From Adineta vaga (taxonomy: Eukaryota; Animalia; Rotifera): DNA of 64,000 nucleotides. A program made the translations under genes and the position numbers. Below are positions 37,606-51,173 of the stretch, piece by piece. The stretch lies in assembly GCA_021613535.1 (NCBI GenBank), contig CP075493.1, positions 11,780,001 through 11,844,000 of the forward strand, written 5' to 3'. Positions within the stretch are counted from its first letter, which is position 1, and each line of letters begins with the position of its first letter. Under the pieces are notes generated by a model. The model had not been told where the DNA came from. It did not search any database and saw only the letters and a list, made by a program, of their open reading frames with translations.

Positions 37606-38476
37606 TAATTTTAAGTCATTTGTTTTCACTTTGATCATGGAAATTCACTATCTATTTAAATGTTGTTTACTATAGTTTCTTATTTATTTTGACATTGATG
37701 TTTTATATCAGAAATGTCTACAGAGTGTTTTTTTTCTCTGGCGAACAAAGATATTCTATTTCATGTAACTGTAGATAATCAGAAAACAGGGCGATCGATA
37801 AAGGTCCAACAATATTTTTTTTATCTCAATGTACATCTAGATTATTACCTATTAAACATCGAACTAAAATAAAACCAAAATATCTAATATATTGGCAAGC
37901 ACACATATTTAAAGTTTGAATTAACCTATCTTTCACTTCTGAATATACCCTGCTATAGAAATGATTAGTGCAGAGCGAAAATATTGAGAATAAAACTGAA
38001 TATTAATTAGCTATAATATATATTATTTTTACTATTTTTCAATTTCTCCGAAGCCAAATATAACTATTCATAAATACGCTCTGCCCTGTGGACATCTCTT
38101 TTCTAATATACATATCATCTACAGTTTAAAAATAGAATGTTAGTCCTTTGTATCACTAAAGCAATGAATACATTTATGATTGAATACAAAACGGTCATAT
38201 CTTATATACTGTTTCAGATTTATAGCTATAGCAATTTTAATACAATTAGCAAAACTAATATCAGAGTGTAACATATATGCCACTTATTCATCTATACTCA
38301 CACTTTATGTCAGTGTGAGCCTAATTTAGCTTGGATCAAGAATTTCGCCTTGGGTGTCATCTTAAAGCTAGACTATGCACAGTATTTCAGAATTTCAACG
38401 AAGACTTGTTCAGTACTTAAGTAATTATATGTGTTAGTAAATAAACAGAAGCTTTTTCGTTGTGTTATAGTATCCA

Positions 38477-40585
38477 TTAATACAATTCAGCACTCGTGAG
38501 ATAACCGTTACGCCCACCAGTAACTAATACTATCCCATGTAATAAGATGGATTTTGTATGAAAACATCTTGGGATATTCATGTTTCCAGTCGTTGTCCAA
38601 TTACCTGTGGATAGATCATACAATTCTGTACTGGCGAGATAAGCACCGTTATATCCACCAGTAACTAACACTTTTCCATTTAACAAGATCGATGCTGTAT
38701 GATACTCTCGTGCAACAGCCATGTCTTTAGTTGTTGTCCAATTACTTGTTGTTGGATCATACAATTCAGCACTGGCAAGATAATTACCGTTATATCCACC
38801 AGTAACTAATACTTTTCCGTTCGCTAGGATGGATGCCGTATGATGCGCTCGTATGACATTCATGTTTCCAGTCGTTGTCCAATTACCTGTGGATAGATCA
38901 TACAATTCTGTACTGGCGAGATAAGCACCGTTATATCCACCAGTAACTAACACTTTTCCATTTAACAAGATCGATGCTGTATGATACTCTCGTGCAACAG
39001 CCATGTCTTTAGTTGTTGTCCAATTACTTGTTGTTGGATCATACAATTCAGCACTGGCAAGATAATTACCGTTATATCCACCAGTAACTAATACTTTTCC
39101 GTTCGCTAGGATGGATGCCGTATGATGCGCTCGTATGACATTCATGTTTCCAGTCGTTGTCCAATTACCTGTGGATGGATCATATAATTCAGTACTGGCC
39201 AGATAAGCACCGTTATATCCACCAGTAACTAATACTTTTCCGTTCGCTAGGATGGATGCCATATGATGCGCTCGCATGACATTCATGTTTCCAGTCGTTG
39301 TCCAATTACCTGTGGATGGATCATATAATTCAGTACTGGCCAGATAAGCACCGTTATATCCACCAGTAACTAGCACTTTTCCATTTAACAAGATAGATGC
39401 TGTATGAAGATATCTTGCGGTATTCATGTTTCCAGCCGTTGTCCAATTACCTGCGGATGGATCATATAATTCAGCACTTGCGAGATAACCACCACCACTC
39501 TGCCCGCCAGTAACTAATACTGTTCCATTTGATAAGGTGGATGCTGTATGGGAACATCGTGCAACAGTCATGTCTTTAGTTGTTGTCCAATTACCTGTTG
39601 TTGGATCATACAATTCAGCACTTGCGAGATAACCACCACCATTCTGCCCGCCAGTAACTAATACTGTTCCATTTGATAAGATGGATGCTGTATGATACTC
39701 TCGTCCAATATGCATGGTTCCTGTCGTTGTCCAATCTAAATAAGATCGACAGATAAGTAAATAAAACTTGGAACTAATGATATACTTCAGCTGTCTATCT
39801 ATTCAACATAAACTAACTAATCTCAAAAGTTTAACAAATCCTTCCTCGACTCTTACTAGTGCATGATCAAAGTTATATCGAAATTGAAAAATGATTCAAG
39901 TAGATAAGTTTTTTTTTACAAGTTCGTCATATTTAGACAAATCATTCAGAAGATCGTGTCAGAAATCGAAACATTCGAAGAATGCTAATATTTTATTGGG
40001 AGAATGCATGCTATAATCACCTCTCAACGAAGTCAGACTCGCGTGATTCATTCATACGTGCACTCTCAAACATAGAAAATCGATCGTTTTGAATTATTTC
40101 TTATCTCAACAAATCCCTGAGAATAACATGATATACATACTCCGAGGAGTGCTCATCGTTGTCAACGGATTAGCTGTTGTCTCTGTTGCTGCTTGTGTTG
40201 ATATTAGAGTAGAAGGACAAGCAATATTCGAATCTATCAAAAGTCAATCATTCTGACAATCGTCATAAAAAATTAGGTTACCTTGATTTTTTCGATGACA
40301 AATAACGCTCGCTTGAGTACTTCCGGCGAAGTAGATACGATCTAATTTACAGGATTCACTAAACAGTGAACAAGTCTGATTGTCATAGAAATAAACAGCT
40401 GTTTGACACTCCATTTCGTAAGAACATTCCCAAATACAAGATTGAATCGATGAGCTCATTGACATGTTCACATTTCGAAGAAAAGCGCAAGAAGAATCAG
40501 GTTGAAAGAATGCAGATCGATAAATTTCGGTTATTAGAATTGCGTTAATCGAAGAAATAATAAGTGAAGTCAAGAGAAAATACAT
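38477..40585 (-). CDS. Secreted PAN/apple-domain + kelch-repeat protein (3 exons)
   Basis: Exon 1 has a signal peptide and SIQSCIWEC..CQTAVY..CSLF (PAN). Introns 40234-40281 and 39736-40140 keep the frame. Nine kelch units R..HTAS.L.NGKVLVTGG..LASAELYDP..W follow. Confidence 0.88.
38576..39175. repeat. Near-perfect 282-bp tandem duplication (two kelch blades) inside the kelch gene
   Basis: The sequence from 38576 recurs at 38858 and 39140; protein repeats 5-6 are identical to repeats 7-8. Confidence 0.9.
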
Positions 40586-41203
40586 TTCTATATAGTAGTA
40601 TTCTGTGATAAGTGAAGCAAGTGTTAAATTGTATATTTATTACTGTTTGTTTCTTCGAAGCCGACGAGCAGTAAATTATTATTTGAGCCGAAAAATCACA
40701 TATTGACATATCAAGTTGTTCGACTTAGAAGACAACTTTTACTTTTTCAATTAAAATCAGGAAATAATTATAAACCTGTTTCTCGAGAATAATCAAACAA
40801 TAAAATAGTGATGTCAATGTTTGTCAATATTTGTTTACCACTTGCAATCATTGGATCGATTAAGAGCTAATTTGTTCAAGAAAATATCACATAATAATAC
40901 TTTCTTTTCAAAAAATTCTACTTTCTATCATTGACAGTAAGAGAGGAGTGAGATTATGGGTGTTGTCGTCATAGTAAGTGAAATCGATCACACATTCTCA
41001 CCCTCATCGTTTTCAATAGATGGTGTTTATACTTTGAAGCAAAACAAAAAAGGAAAGAAGTTTTTTTATAATGGTGCCGTTAACATAAACATAATTTTTT
41101 TCTACACAATCTGATGTAATTGCTCATCAGAATGACATATGTAATGCTCTTTCAAATAAATAAAAAAATACAAAAGAAACGTTGTTAAAAATATCAACAA
41201 GCA

Positions 41204-42175
41204 ATGGGAAATTGTCATCTTCAAACAAGATATTTATCTGGGACAATTTTGCAATACAATATTGTAAGGAATTCTTCGTCATATACGCCTTGGAAACCGA
41301 AAGATGATGAAAACTTAGCGATAACATTTGATCATTTAGTTGATCATATTCTATTACTTCGTCAAGTGATCGGTCAGCCAGAAATGATTCATGATGAAAA
41401 ATTATTAAATCATTCAATTAAAGAATATTGTCAAAAAATGGCTCGAGAAGAAATTCTAACAGAATATCGACAATCAAAACTTTCATTACCAATCTTGTGG
41501 ATTTGGCATTTACATCGTTTATATCCATTGACATATTATAAAGATTGTACTTCACAACTTCCAGATGGGCAATTATGCGATCCAAGCATTTCTTATTTTC
41601 CTTCGTTTGCCTCACGGCGGCAACGTAGTTATATGCCATTTTTTCCTTCAGTTGATTTAATTAAAGCTGCTCTTTGTCAAAAAACATTTCTTGACAAATT
41701 TAAAAAACATATTCTATATGCAAGTGACTTATCAAACATAGATCGTTCATTCTTTCCAATTATGGTTAACAACTACATATCATTTCTTCAGTTAGGTGAA
41801 GAAAATCAAATTCTTGTTCCAACTTTTGATATCGATCTAATTTGGCATACACATTTACGAAATCCAACACACTATCGACAAACTTCAATAGAATTATGTG
41901 GATTTGTTCTAAATCATGATGATACTATTAAAAAAGATATTCTAAAAGATGCTTATAAAAATACTGCTCAACGTTGGAATAATACCTACCATACTAATTA
42001 CGAACAAAATCATAAAACGACATTAGTAGTTAGTAGTAACAGTGGAGGGTGTGGATCAACTTCGTTTTCCATCACGAATATATGGCGCACATTATCTGAA
42101 TCTAACTATCATAACGATGGTAGTGATAGTGCTGATGACGGTGGAAGTGATTGTGGAGGGTGTAGTGGAGACTAA
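41204..42175 (+). CDS. Glycine-rich-domain-containing protein (GRDP/DUF1399-like)
   Basis: WIWHLHRLYP..Y..DC, DLIKAA..Q..F, LVPTFDIDLIWHTH..P..Y, LNHDDT, and a C-terminal GGCG/CGGCSGD tail. Confidence 0.8.
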   Translation: MGNCHLQTRYLSGTILQYNIVRNSSSYTPWKPKDDENLAITFDHLVDHILLLRQVIGQPEMIHDEKLLNHSIKEYCQKMAREEILTEYRQSKLSLPILWIWHLHRLYPLTYYKDCTSQLPDGQLCDPSISYFPSFASRRQRSYMPFFPSVDLIKAALCQKTFLDKFKKHILYASDLSNIDRSFFPIMVNNYISFLQLGEENQILVPTFDIDLIWHTHLRNPTHYRQTSIELCGFVLNHDDTIKKDILKDAYKNTAQRWNNTYHTNYEQNHKTTLVVSSNSGGCGSTSFSITNIWRTLSESNYHNDGSDSADDGGSDCGGCSGD

Positions 42176-42387
42176 TATTTAAGAAATTATTTGAATTCTT
42201 TGTTTTTCTTTTTCTTAATAACCAAACGAAAGATTCTTATCTTCTCTTACAGTAACATGTTAGACGCACCTTATGTGGAAAAAAAGAAGATATCATCTGT
42301 TTGATTTCGCTTATCTATTTAAAATAAAAGAATAGATTACTCGTACACTTTATTCACATATAACAGTATAGAAAAGAAAAAAACAAT

Positions 42388-43868
42388 ATGAATATTATCT
42401 ACTGGTTCTTTATTGTTGGGTTACTCGTTGTTGAAACGAGTTTTGCTTCTCGAGGATTTTCGTTTGAAAATCTCGGTAGTTTTTGTAAAAATGATACACC
42501 ACAAGGTACTCCAAATCTTCTTCCAATTGAAGTTGGTGCACCTCGATTGATTCGTCACATTGAAAATGGTTCACTCTATCAAATTGGTGTGGGTGATGAT
42601 CAAACATGGCTTGTACATGTTTGGGGTATAAATGGATATGATTATGGATTTGCTTATGGAACATTATTAAGTGAACAGATTACTCAATTTCTCCGAAAGT
42701 TTATGCATATTTTGAACAAGAAATCATCGAAAAACTTGAACATTTGAAATTACCTGAATGGTTTAAAGAAGTGATTGGGAAGAAAGGTTTGGCTTTTGCT
42801 TTAGATATCCAGAATTCATTAGTTGAGCCTTATATGGATAAAGAAATTTATGATGAACTTCATGGTATATCGGATGCCGCTAAAATTGATTATAAACTTT
42901 TATTACATATACATATGTTTGGAGAATTAACAAGAGGTAGAGAACGAAAAATATTGATAAGTATATGTTTATTTTAAATCAATATATTTTTAGCTCATTG
43001 TTCGTATTATGGCGCTTGGGGTAAAGCAACATTAGGTGGCAAAACACTTCAAATGCGTGCTTTTGATTGGGATATGCATGCCGGTTTACAAGACTTTCCA
43101 GTCATTACTATTTATCATCCACGTTCATCAAAATTAGGTCATACTTTTACTAATATTGCATGGGCAGGTAATATTTTATTTATAAATTCTATTTCTATTT
43201 TTCTAACAATCTTGTAATATGTAACAGGTTATATTGGTGTTTTGAGTGGTATGTCGTCGACATTATTAGGTATGACATCCATTGGTGTTGAAATGCCTGA
43301 TGATACATTTGGTGATGAAAGTATGTCTGGTCAACCTTTTATTTTCGCATCACGTTATATTTTACAATATTCTCAAACGGTTGATGATGCACTTTCATAT
43401 ATAAGTAATATTCGTCGAACATGCCGTTTAATCGTCGGTATTGCTGACGGAAAACTAAATACAGCACGTATGATTCAATATTCGCATTCGAAAGTAAACT
43501 TTTTTGATGATTTAAATTTACAACCAGCAGCTGAATGGCATCCAACGATTGCAAATGTTGTTTATAATGGCATGGATTGGTTATGTCCATCATATCAATA
43601 TAAACTTTATCAACAAATCATGGATCAATATGGTAAAATAACACCTGAATCAACCATTCAAAGTATTTCTGCTGTCGTCAAAACAGGTGATGTTCATGTA
43701 GCAGTCTATGATCTTACCGATAATGTCTTATATTTGGCTAACGGTGGAAGTCCTAATAAACAAGGACCTAGACCAGCTTATCAACGACAATTTAATAAAT
43801 TAGACCTCAAAATAGAATACGCTCGGACACAACCATCAATCAATGACATTGAACCTTTTTCGTCGTAA
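42388..43868 (+). CDS. Secreted Ntn-hydrolase, peptidase C45 / acid-ceramidase-like (Dictyostelium Dcd1-like)
   Basis: Signal peptide; YDYGFAYGTL; frameshift near 42690; introns 42937-42993 and about 43168-43227; nucleophile A-H-C-S..GAWGKAT..LQMRAFDWD. Confidence 0.8.
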
Positions 43869-45080
43869 ATGTTCAAAAATTGAAATCTGTATTCGAAGTA
43901 TTGAATAAATATCTTATTTTTAAAAAAATCAGTTTTATTCTAAAGTAATGAAAGGTTTTGAGAATTGTGTCTTCAATCATACATCACACCCACTCACACC
44001 GTCACACATGACATGAACAGATGAATTCCAGATTTTAGCTTCAGATGAACTGTCCTGAAAAGTCCTCTTCACAAATGAAAAGACGGTTAGTAAACTCAAA
44101 AAGACAAGTTGGAAACGAAAGTATTGTATTGTATGCATGATGAAAAACAAATAATCCATTCATTAATGTTAAATCGTAAGCATTAGTAACAATTCTCAAA
44201 CTGACGATTGCGAGAATTGTATTGGTAAAAGTAACGAAAAAGAAAAGCACAAATTCCACTTTTAATTGAAAGAATAATGAAAGAAACTTTGAAAAGTACG
44301 AAAACAAAAACAAAGATGACAAAACGAGAACACAAAGAAGTAGATGCATCGAAACAGGAATACATTTACTTTTTGTTGAAAAAACTTTCAACAATGAATC
44401 CAGTCTATAGTAAAGCTGACAGTTAAAATCAGCAAGGTATATTTACTACAGAAACTATACAAAATATCTATCAAACGTATTTTCTCGATAAAATAATTTG
44501 CACTATTTAGCCGTCGATCTGCATGTGAGATCTGTTTGGAAAAGAAACGATTTCATAGTTATTATTTAATTGTTATATTCGTACATCTACGAATTCAGGT
44601 GCTTTACGTGTGATTCTTTTCTGGCGATTAAACGTGTAGCAGTATTTTGCTTCTTTTCTTTTCTATTATTCCATTGTTTCTAAACGTGAATAAAACACTT
44701 TACTCTATATACCAATTGTGTTTTTAAAACGAGAACTTTTAATGTTACTTTTACTTTACCTTCTCTATTATTTGACTGAGTACTTTAACATTTCTGTCCA
44801 TCACATTACATTTTTGCTGTGTTGACGTCAGTCTTTTTTCATAAATAACATGGTATTCAAGATATTCGATTATTCACTTTGGTTATAAAAAAAAGCATAT
44901 GCCTCGATGTGTTTTGACAACAAGACAAATTTCTCTTTGTGAAATAAGTGTTTACTCCTTACGGGCACAGTTATTTTGCTCTTTTCTTCTCTTTGTTTTC
45001 ATTTCGGACACTGAACATATAAAAGCACTGTCATTCTATCGAGCTTCAATCCATTCTTTTCAAGCATTTCCTTGAAACAT

Positions 45081-47577
45081 ATGATGCGCGAAAGATTATC
45101 ATTCATCTTTTTGATAATTTGGATTTCAACCATTGAAGCGTCTCATTTTCGTGGCGGAACAATTACATGGTAAGTTATTACTAATATCGGTAAAGTTAAT
45201 TTTTCAACAAATATTCTGTAGGCGTCCATACAATTCTACTCCATCGGGTGCTACTACTCCTGTGATAGTTCGTGAACGATTTTCATGGCGTCGTAGTGCA
45301 TTTACATGTACTACTGCTACTATTGCTGTTCAGAATCCAATGATCGGTGATTTTGGATCGTTAGGTTGTGTGTCAGGCAATTGTGGTTCTTGGACAGGTA
45401 TGAACACACAGACATACTGCACTGATTTCAGTGCACCATTAGATGTTGCTTCTGGTGAATATTATCAAACATATACACTACCCATAAACATTGCATTCAG
45501 CATTTCATTCTCGTCCTGTTGCTGGTTTGGGACTCTTGTTATTGGATCTAATGGAAATTGGGCTATTGTAAGTCGAATTAATACTGCTATTAGACCAGAT
45601 GGTTATTTAAATACCAGTCCTATTGCTGTTTCTCTTCCTATTATTTACAAAGAAGTAAATATTCAGCATGTACATGTTGTTCAAATGGCTGATTTTGATG
45701 GTACTGATATCTTAAAATGTCGATGGTCAATTGGATCAACAGCAAATGTGAATGGATTTGATGAATGTAGTGGCTTATGTAATGGTGTCACTGGTGCAAA
45801 TCTTATTGGCTCAAATTGCACCATTGTATTTACGTTAACAGCAGTTAGTATGTATGTTGGAGTAGCATTACAAATCGAAGATTTCTATAATGCTGCAGCC
45901 CTGTCCGCAAATACACCAATGAGTTCGGTTCCACTTCAGTTTCTTTTCTATGGTTATGCAGCACCAGGTGGTTGTATTACTCCACCGGCCATTATTGGTA
46001 GTCGACCAAATCGAGGTATAAAATGATTTATTACAATAAATCTGTATTTATTTCAAATTATTTGTGTTCTTTTTAGCTTGCATTGGTGTTATGCCTGGTG
46101 ATAATATTACTGAATATGTTATCGTCCAAGTTTATTGTCCTGGAAAGAGTATTGTCGACTTTGTTTCTAGTGTACCCATTGGCATGACGAAAAGTGCTAT
46201 TCTAAATCCAAGCACTGGTCAGTACCGGTCAATAGTTATTTGATTTTGTATCTTTTCTATCTTATTCCTAGGTATCTATCATCTCGTTCTCAGTTGGATT
46301 CCAATTGCCAGTCAATATGGTCCACAGGGTGTTTGTATGGGAGCCATTGATAATACACAATTACAATCGAATCAATGGTGTATTACATTTCTCGTCGGAT
46401 TCAAATCACCAGATGTCATCAAACCAACCCTGGTTCAAGGTTCTGCTTCACCTATCGGAACTATTTTTAAAAATCATACTCTTTTCTCTATTCAAAGTAA
46501 TACTGATAATAGCAACAATTGAACGATAGCTTCAATTTAATGAATCCATCTTTTTTTGTTCTTAGCATCGATTTCTGTTAATCGTCCAACGCGTAATGGT
46601 ACTTTTATTTACTTTTGGGACTCTACTCTTGGCGGTACACTTGTTCAAAAATATGATTGTGGATGGGAACCTGAAGTAACCTATACTGGTTTCACTGTTG
46701 TCATTCGTTTTCCTGTTGCACCATGGATTGATGGCCATTTCTATTATGTTACATATGATAGTGGTATGTGTGCAGTTTTTACTTTTCTGTATCTCTCTCT
46801 CATCTCCGTATGATCTTTAGGTGTGGCAAGTGGAACAGAATTTTGTGGTAAGTAATATTATGCTTTGAAGTTAACGATTCCTACTGAAAAGATAAGTGAA
46901 GGTCCTGAATCTGCACCTAATAGCGATCCAACATTTTGGGTATTCAATATCTGGAATCCTGCTGTTTCATCGACAACAACAACAACAACAACTCCTTTCA
47001 CCACTGTTACAGTTACAACAAAACCAACATCAACAACCAGTATCAATACTTTAGTAAGATATATTGATCTTCTCTTTATACTTTTGATGATGATGATTAT
47101 TATGCATAGTTAACCACAACTGGAATTGTGATAACAACCACAGCACCAATTACAACGACAGCAACAACCTCCACTACTGGGCCCCCAACGACAGCTCGTA
47201 AGAAAACATTATTTTCATAAAGAAAAAGCATTTGTCTGTATATCTTCCATTGGTATTCTTTTCAAGCTGCAACAACTGCTGGTCCTACTACCTCTGGTGC
47301 AACAACTGAATCAACAGTTGCTGTCATGTATCCTAAAGATTTGGTAAACTTGTTGACCATTGTCATTTGTTATTTTATTGCAATCTTTTATATAAAATAG
47401 GAACTTGCTTGTTTACAACCCGTTGCGATGACGAATGCTATTCTTTTAGCAGTGATGATGCCGATTCAAGGTTTAGCCTTATATGCTACTTTCACAAAGT
47501 TGTCTAGCATATTCAATCCATCCAATATCAACTCAAAAGCAAGACACAAACAACGAATGAAACGAATTATGCATTAA
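45081..47577 (+). CDS. Multi-exon type I membrane / adhesion-like protein with an N-terminal SHFRGGTITW motif and a Thr-rich stalk
   Basis: MMRERLSFIFLIIWISTIEA-SHFRGGTITW, RPDGYLNTSP, DFDGTDILKCRW, VALQIEDF, PMSSVPLQF; about 9 short GT-AG introns; TM segment; TAA at 47575-47577. Confidence 0.75.
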
Positions 47578-47935
47578 TGAAAACATATTCTTACTCCTCT
47601 TTTTTTGTAATTTTGAGTGAATTGTATTTAATCCAGTGATTTATGTTTGAGAGTGCTTTTACATAGAAATCTTAAAATAAAGCTTTATTTTTATGATGAT
47701 TTTGGCATTACGTCTTTCAATTGTTTTATCGTTTGTAAAACTATCACCCCCACATGCCAACATATTGCTTTTTCTTCTATTCTTTCTCGATAGTATTATT
47801 CATTGTCGATAAAAAGTAACCAGCAAAAGAGAACACTATAAAAAAAAGCATCAGTCACTTTTTTTCCAACATTTCAATCACTTTGTACTTCATACTTCGA
47901 ACGACTTTCTCTTGCTAGGAAGAAGAAAAAAAAAC

Positions 47936-50174
47936 ATGCAGATGGATAGAATGCCTTCAAGAAAGAGTTTAGAAAATGCACTTGTTATTTGGCTTCATCC
48001 AACGAGTGATGATATCCAACAATCTATTGAACAATTACATCAAACTATTGGTCTCGTAGAGGTATTTAATGATGAAGAATCTTTTATTAATCATGTCGTT
48101 GATCTGCCTGATGAACGTATTCTATTGATTATTACAAAAGATCTTAGTGAATTAACAATTGAATTGATACGTCAATTACCACAAATTGATTCAATATATT
48201 TATATAATTCAAAGGATCAAACAAATTCAATTTCTTCTCTTCGAAAGTTTAAAGGTATTGCTCTCAATGATGAAACATTATATCAATTATTACGATCAGA
48301 TATTCGTCGTAATGAATATGATAATGTTACATTTAATCTAATTACTAGTGATTTATCAACATTTTCTAATGATCAATTCAATCGACAAGAAGCAGCATTT
48401 ATGTATACTCAATTATTAAAGGATATATTGATTGAAATGAAAGATGATAGTAAAGAAGAGTTGATTGCATTTTGTTGAGAACAATATGCTGATAATATTC
48501 GTGCATTACAATTTATTAATGATTTCGAAAAGAATTATCAATCAAATGAAGCAATAAATTGGTATACGTGAAAGTTTTCTTTATAAAATTTTAAATAAAG
48601 CACTTCGAACACAAAACATCGAAGTTTTATATAAACTTCGAACATTTATTCGTAATTTACATTTTCATCTAATTGAATGTTATCAACAGCAAAAGAATAA
48701 TTCATTCATATCAGTCGTATATCGTGGTCAACGTATGTCTAATAATGAGTTTGAAAAAATTCAAAATAACAAAGGTGGTCTTCTGTCTGTATCCAATTTT
48801 TTCTCGACAACTGAAGATCAATCATTAGCAATGATATATGCAGGTGTTACAAATGAGAAAGAAACTGCTATGGTATTTGAAATCTCTATCGAATTATCTT
48901 TAACTGATCAAACGAATCCTTTTGCTAATATACAAGAATTTAGTACTTTTGGAGAAGCCGAAAAAGAATGGTTATTTTCATTTGGTAGTGTTTTTCGCAT
49001 AGTTGATATAAAACAAAGTGAAAACAATCAACCATGGTATATTCATTTATTATTAACTAATGAATTCGATCAACAATTACAAATGATCACGGAACATTTT
49101 CGTAGTGATATTTCTCTTGGATTACTTTTACCTGTTCATTCTTTAGCGAAATTATCTTATAAAATGGGTGATTATTTACTTGCAATCGAATTTTATCGAT
49201 TAGCCTTAAAATTCGAATCAGCATCGCGAGGACAAATTATGATTCTCAAAGAACTTGGACAAACTTATGAACGTCTTGCTCTTTATGAGAAGGCATTCGA
49301 TTGCTTTAATATAGCACTTTCCATGCATGAACAATTGCATGAGAAGCAAAAGAATGATTATCATCGTTTAGCAGCAATCTATATTAGTCTGGCTACTATT
49401 TGTACAAACTTTAAACAAGATAAAAAACAATCTCTTGATTATTTAAATGAAGCACTACAGATTGAATTAAATCTTGAACAGTCAAATAAGGAAAATGTTC
49501 TCAATTGTTACAATGATATCGGTTTTATTCATTTTACAGAAAAAGAATATGATAGATCTCTTTTGAATTATCAAAAGGCTCTAGATGTATGTATGGAAAT
49601 ATATCCAGCAACTCATCCAAATATTGGCGTGATACATATGAACATGGGAAATGCATATCAAGCACAATCATGTTCGAAAGAAGCTTTAGAACATATGAAA
49701 AAATCCCTTGATATTCAACTTGCTTCTCTTCCTGCTGATCATCCTGATATTGCTAAATCATTTAATAATATATCCAGTATATATAATGCATTAGGACGCC
49801 ATAAGGATGCTTTGAATTATTGTGAAAATGCATTAAATATTTATTTGAAACGAATGCCACAAAATCATCCTAATCTTGCTATTTTATATAATAATATGAT
49901 CGCACTTTGCGATAAATTAGGTCAATTAGATGAATCATTAGATTATCGATATAAACAATTAGATATTTATGAAGCAACATTGCAATCTGATGATACGAAG
50001 ATTGGCATTGCATATAACACAATAGCTGCTACATTATCTTTTCTTCGACGCTTTGATGAAGCAGCAGATTATGCACTCAAAGCAGTAGAATTCACCACCC
50101 GAGTTTTTGGTACAAATCATCCTGCTACGGAAACTTGTGCTAAGAATTTGGAGGATATATTAAATCGTTCGTGA
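47936..50174 (+). pseudogene. Arginine-type (R-S-E) ADP-ribosyltransferase + TPR protein, with an in-frame TGA (48476-48478) and a frameshift near 48568
   Basis: LVIWL..; QEAAFMYTQLLKDIL; FC*EQY; WYT..SFLYKILNKALRTQ; YRGQ, FFSTT, EAEKEWLF; about 7 TPRs (HPDIAKSFNNI). Confidence 0.8.
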
Positions 50175-50898
50175 TTATTTCATTTCGTTCCAATTTTTTG
50201 GAGTAGTCGCAAATAAACTTTTACATCTTCTTTGAGACCAGTGTGGGGTAAACATGTTGAATGAACACTATAGTGATGTCATTCATCTACACTGACACTA
50301 TGAAATTTTACAGATTTATCTTTAAAAGATAAAGAGTCTTTTTATTCATTAAGTCGGTTTTTTTCTTCATATGAATAAAAGAAATGCAAATAACAAATAA
50401 AGAGCATACTCTGATTTACCGTACTCTATACATTCTTGAAGAGTAACAGCCAATACAAATTAAAAAGATATAAAAGGTGTATACTAATTACTATCGGAGG
50501 TACCCGATGCCGGTCCAGAACCTTTTAGACTAAAAATTTCATATGTCAGAAAACGACAGGAGATGCAGAGAGGATTGTAATTGAATTTTTTCATCTATCA
50601 TTACAATATATGCCATCATGCATATCTAAGATCAATCCAAATTCACCAGTTCTCTTACAGATCCCGTTCCAGCGCTATCTTAACTTCAGTTCGGACATAA
50701 AAAGCCTTAGAATTCGGATTAAACTTTCATCTATCGCGAATACACACATGTTCACAATAAAGCATGATAGTCCAACGAATATTGAGGGTGGACGTGAGTA
50801 TCTGACTTGTGAATCACTCTCAATTCCATGTAACATGCAATCAAATGAGCTGCTCGAAATTCGATTAAATTTCAGCCACCCTCACCCACACCCATCCT

Positions 50899-50930
50899 AT
50901 ATATATAGATAGATAGATAGATAGATAGAT
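50899..50930. repeat. (TA)n-(TAGA)n microsatellite
   Basis: The sequence atatatatagatagatagatagatagatagat is directly visible. Confidence 0.9.
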
Positions 50931-51173
50931 TGCTCAACAGAAGAAATATCGGAAGTATTACTAATAGTAGATCACATCACCTTTTTATTGACACTGCATG
51001 AATCATTTGGAGCAGAGCAACTATAGTATAGTATAGTAAAAAACGGAACTGAGGCAGTATATATATATATATATCGTACCTGTTATTTCTTCTGTTATCA
51101 TTTTTATTTCAGCGAAACTCAAAAGTGAAACTTACATATTATACGACTATAGTGAATTCTCTACACGCATATT

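Noticed and set aside
37970-38084. 8-bp inverted repeat GCAGAGCG...CGCTCTGC as a MITE
   Set aside because: Too short, with no clear target-site duplication and no second copy in the window.
38477-39715. Regular 141-bp repeats as a CRISPR array or satellite
   Set aside because: They are in-frame kelch coding repeats, with no unique spacers and no cas genes.
43977-44394. Hydrophobic Phe/Leu-rich ORFs
   Set aside because: They are explained by translating the complement of A-rich intergenic DNA; no motifs.
50610-50912. 100-aa ORF, possible transposon fragment
   Set aside because: No transposase or RT motif; it runs into telomere-like and microsatellite sequence.
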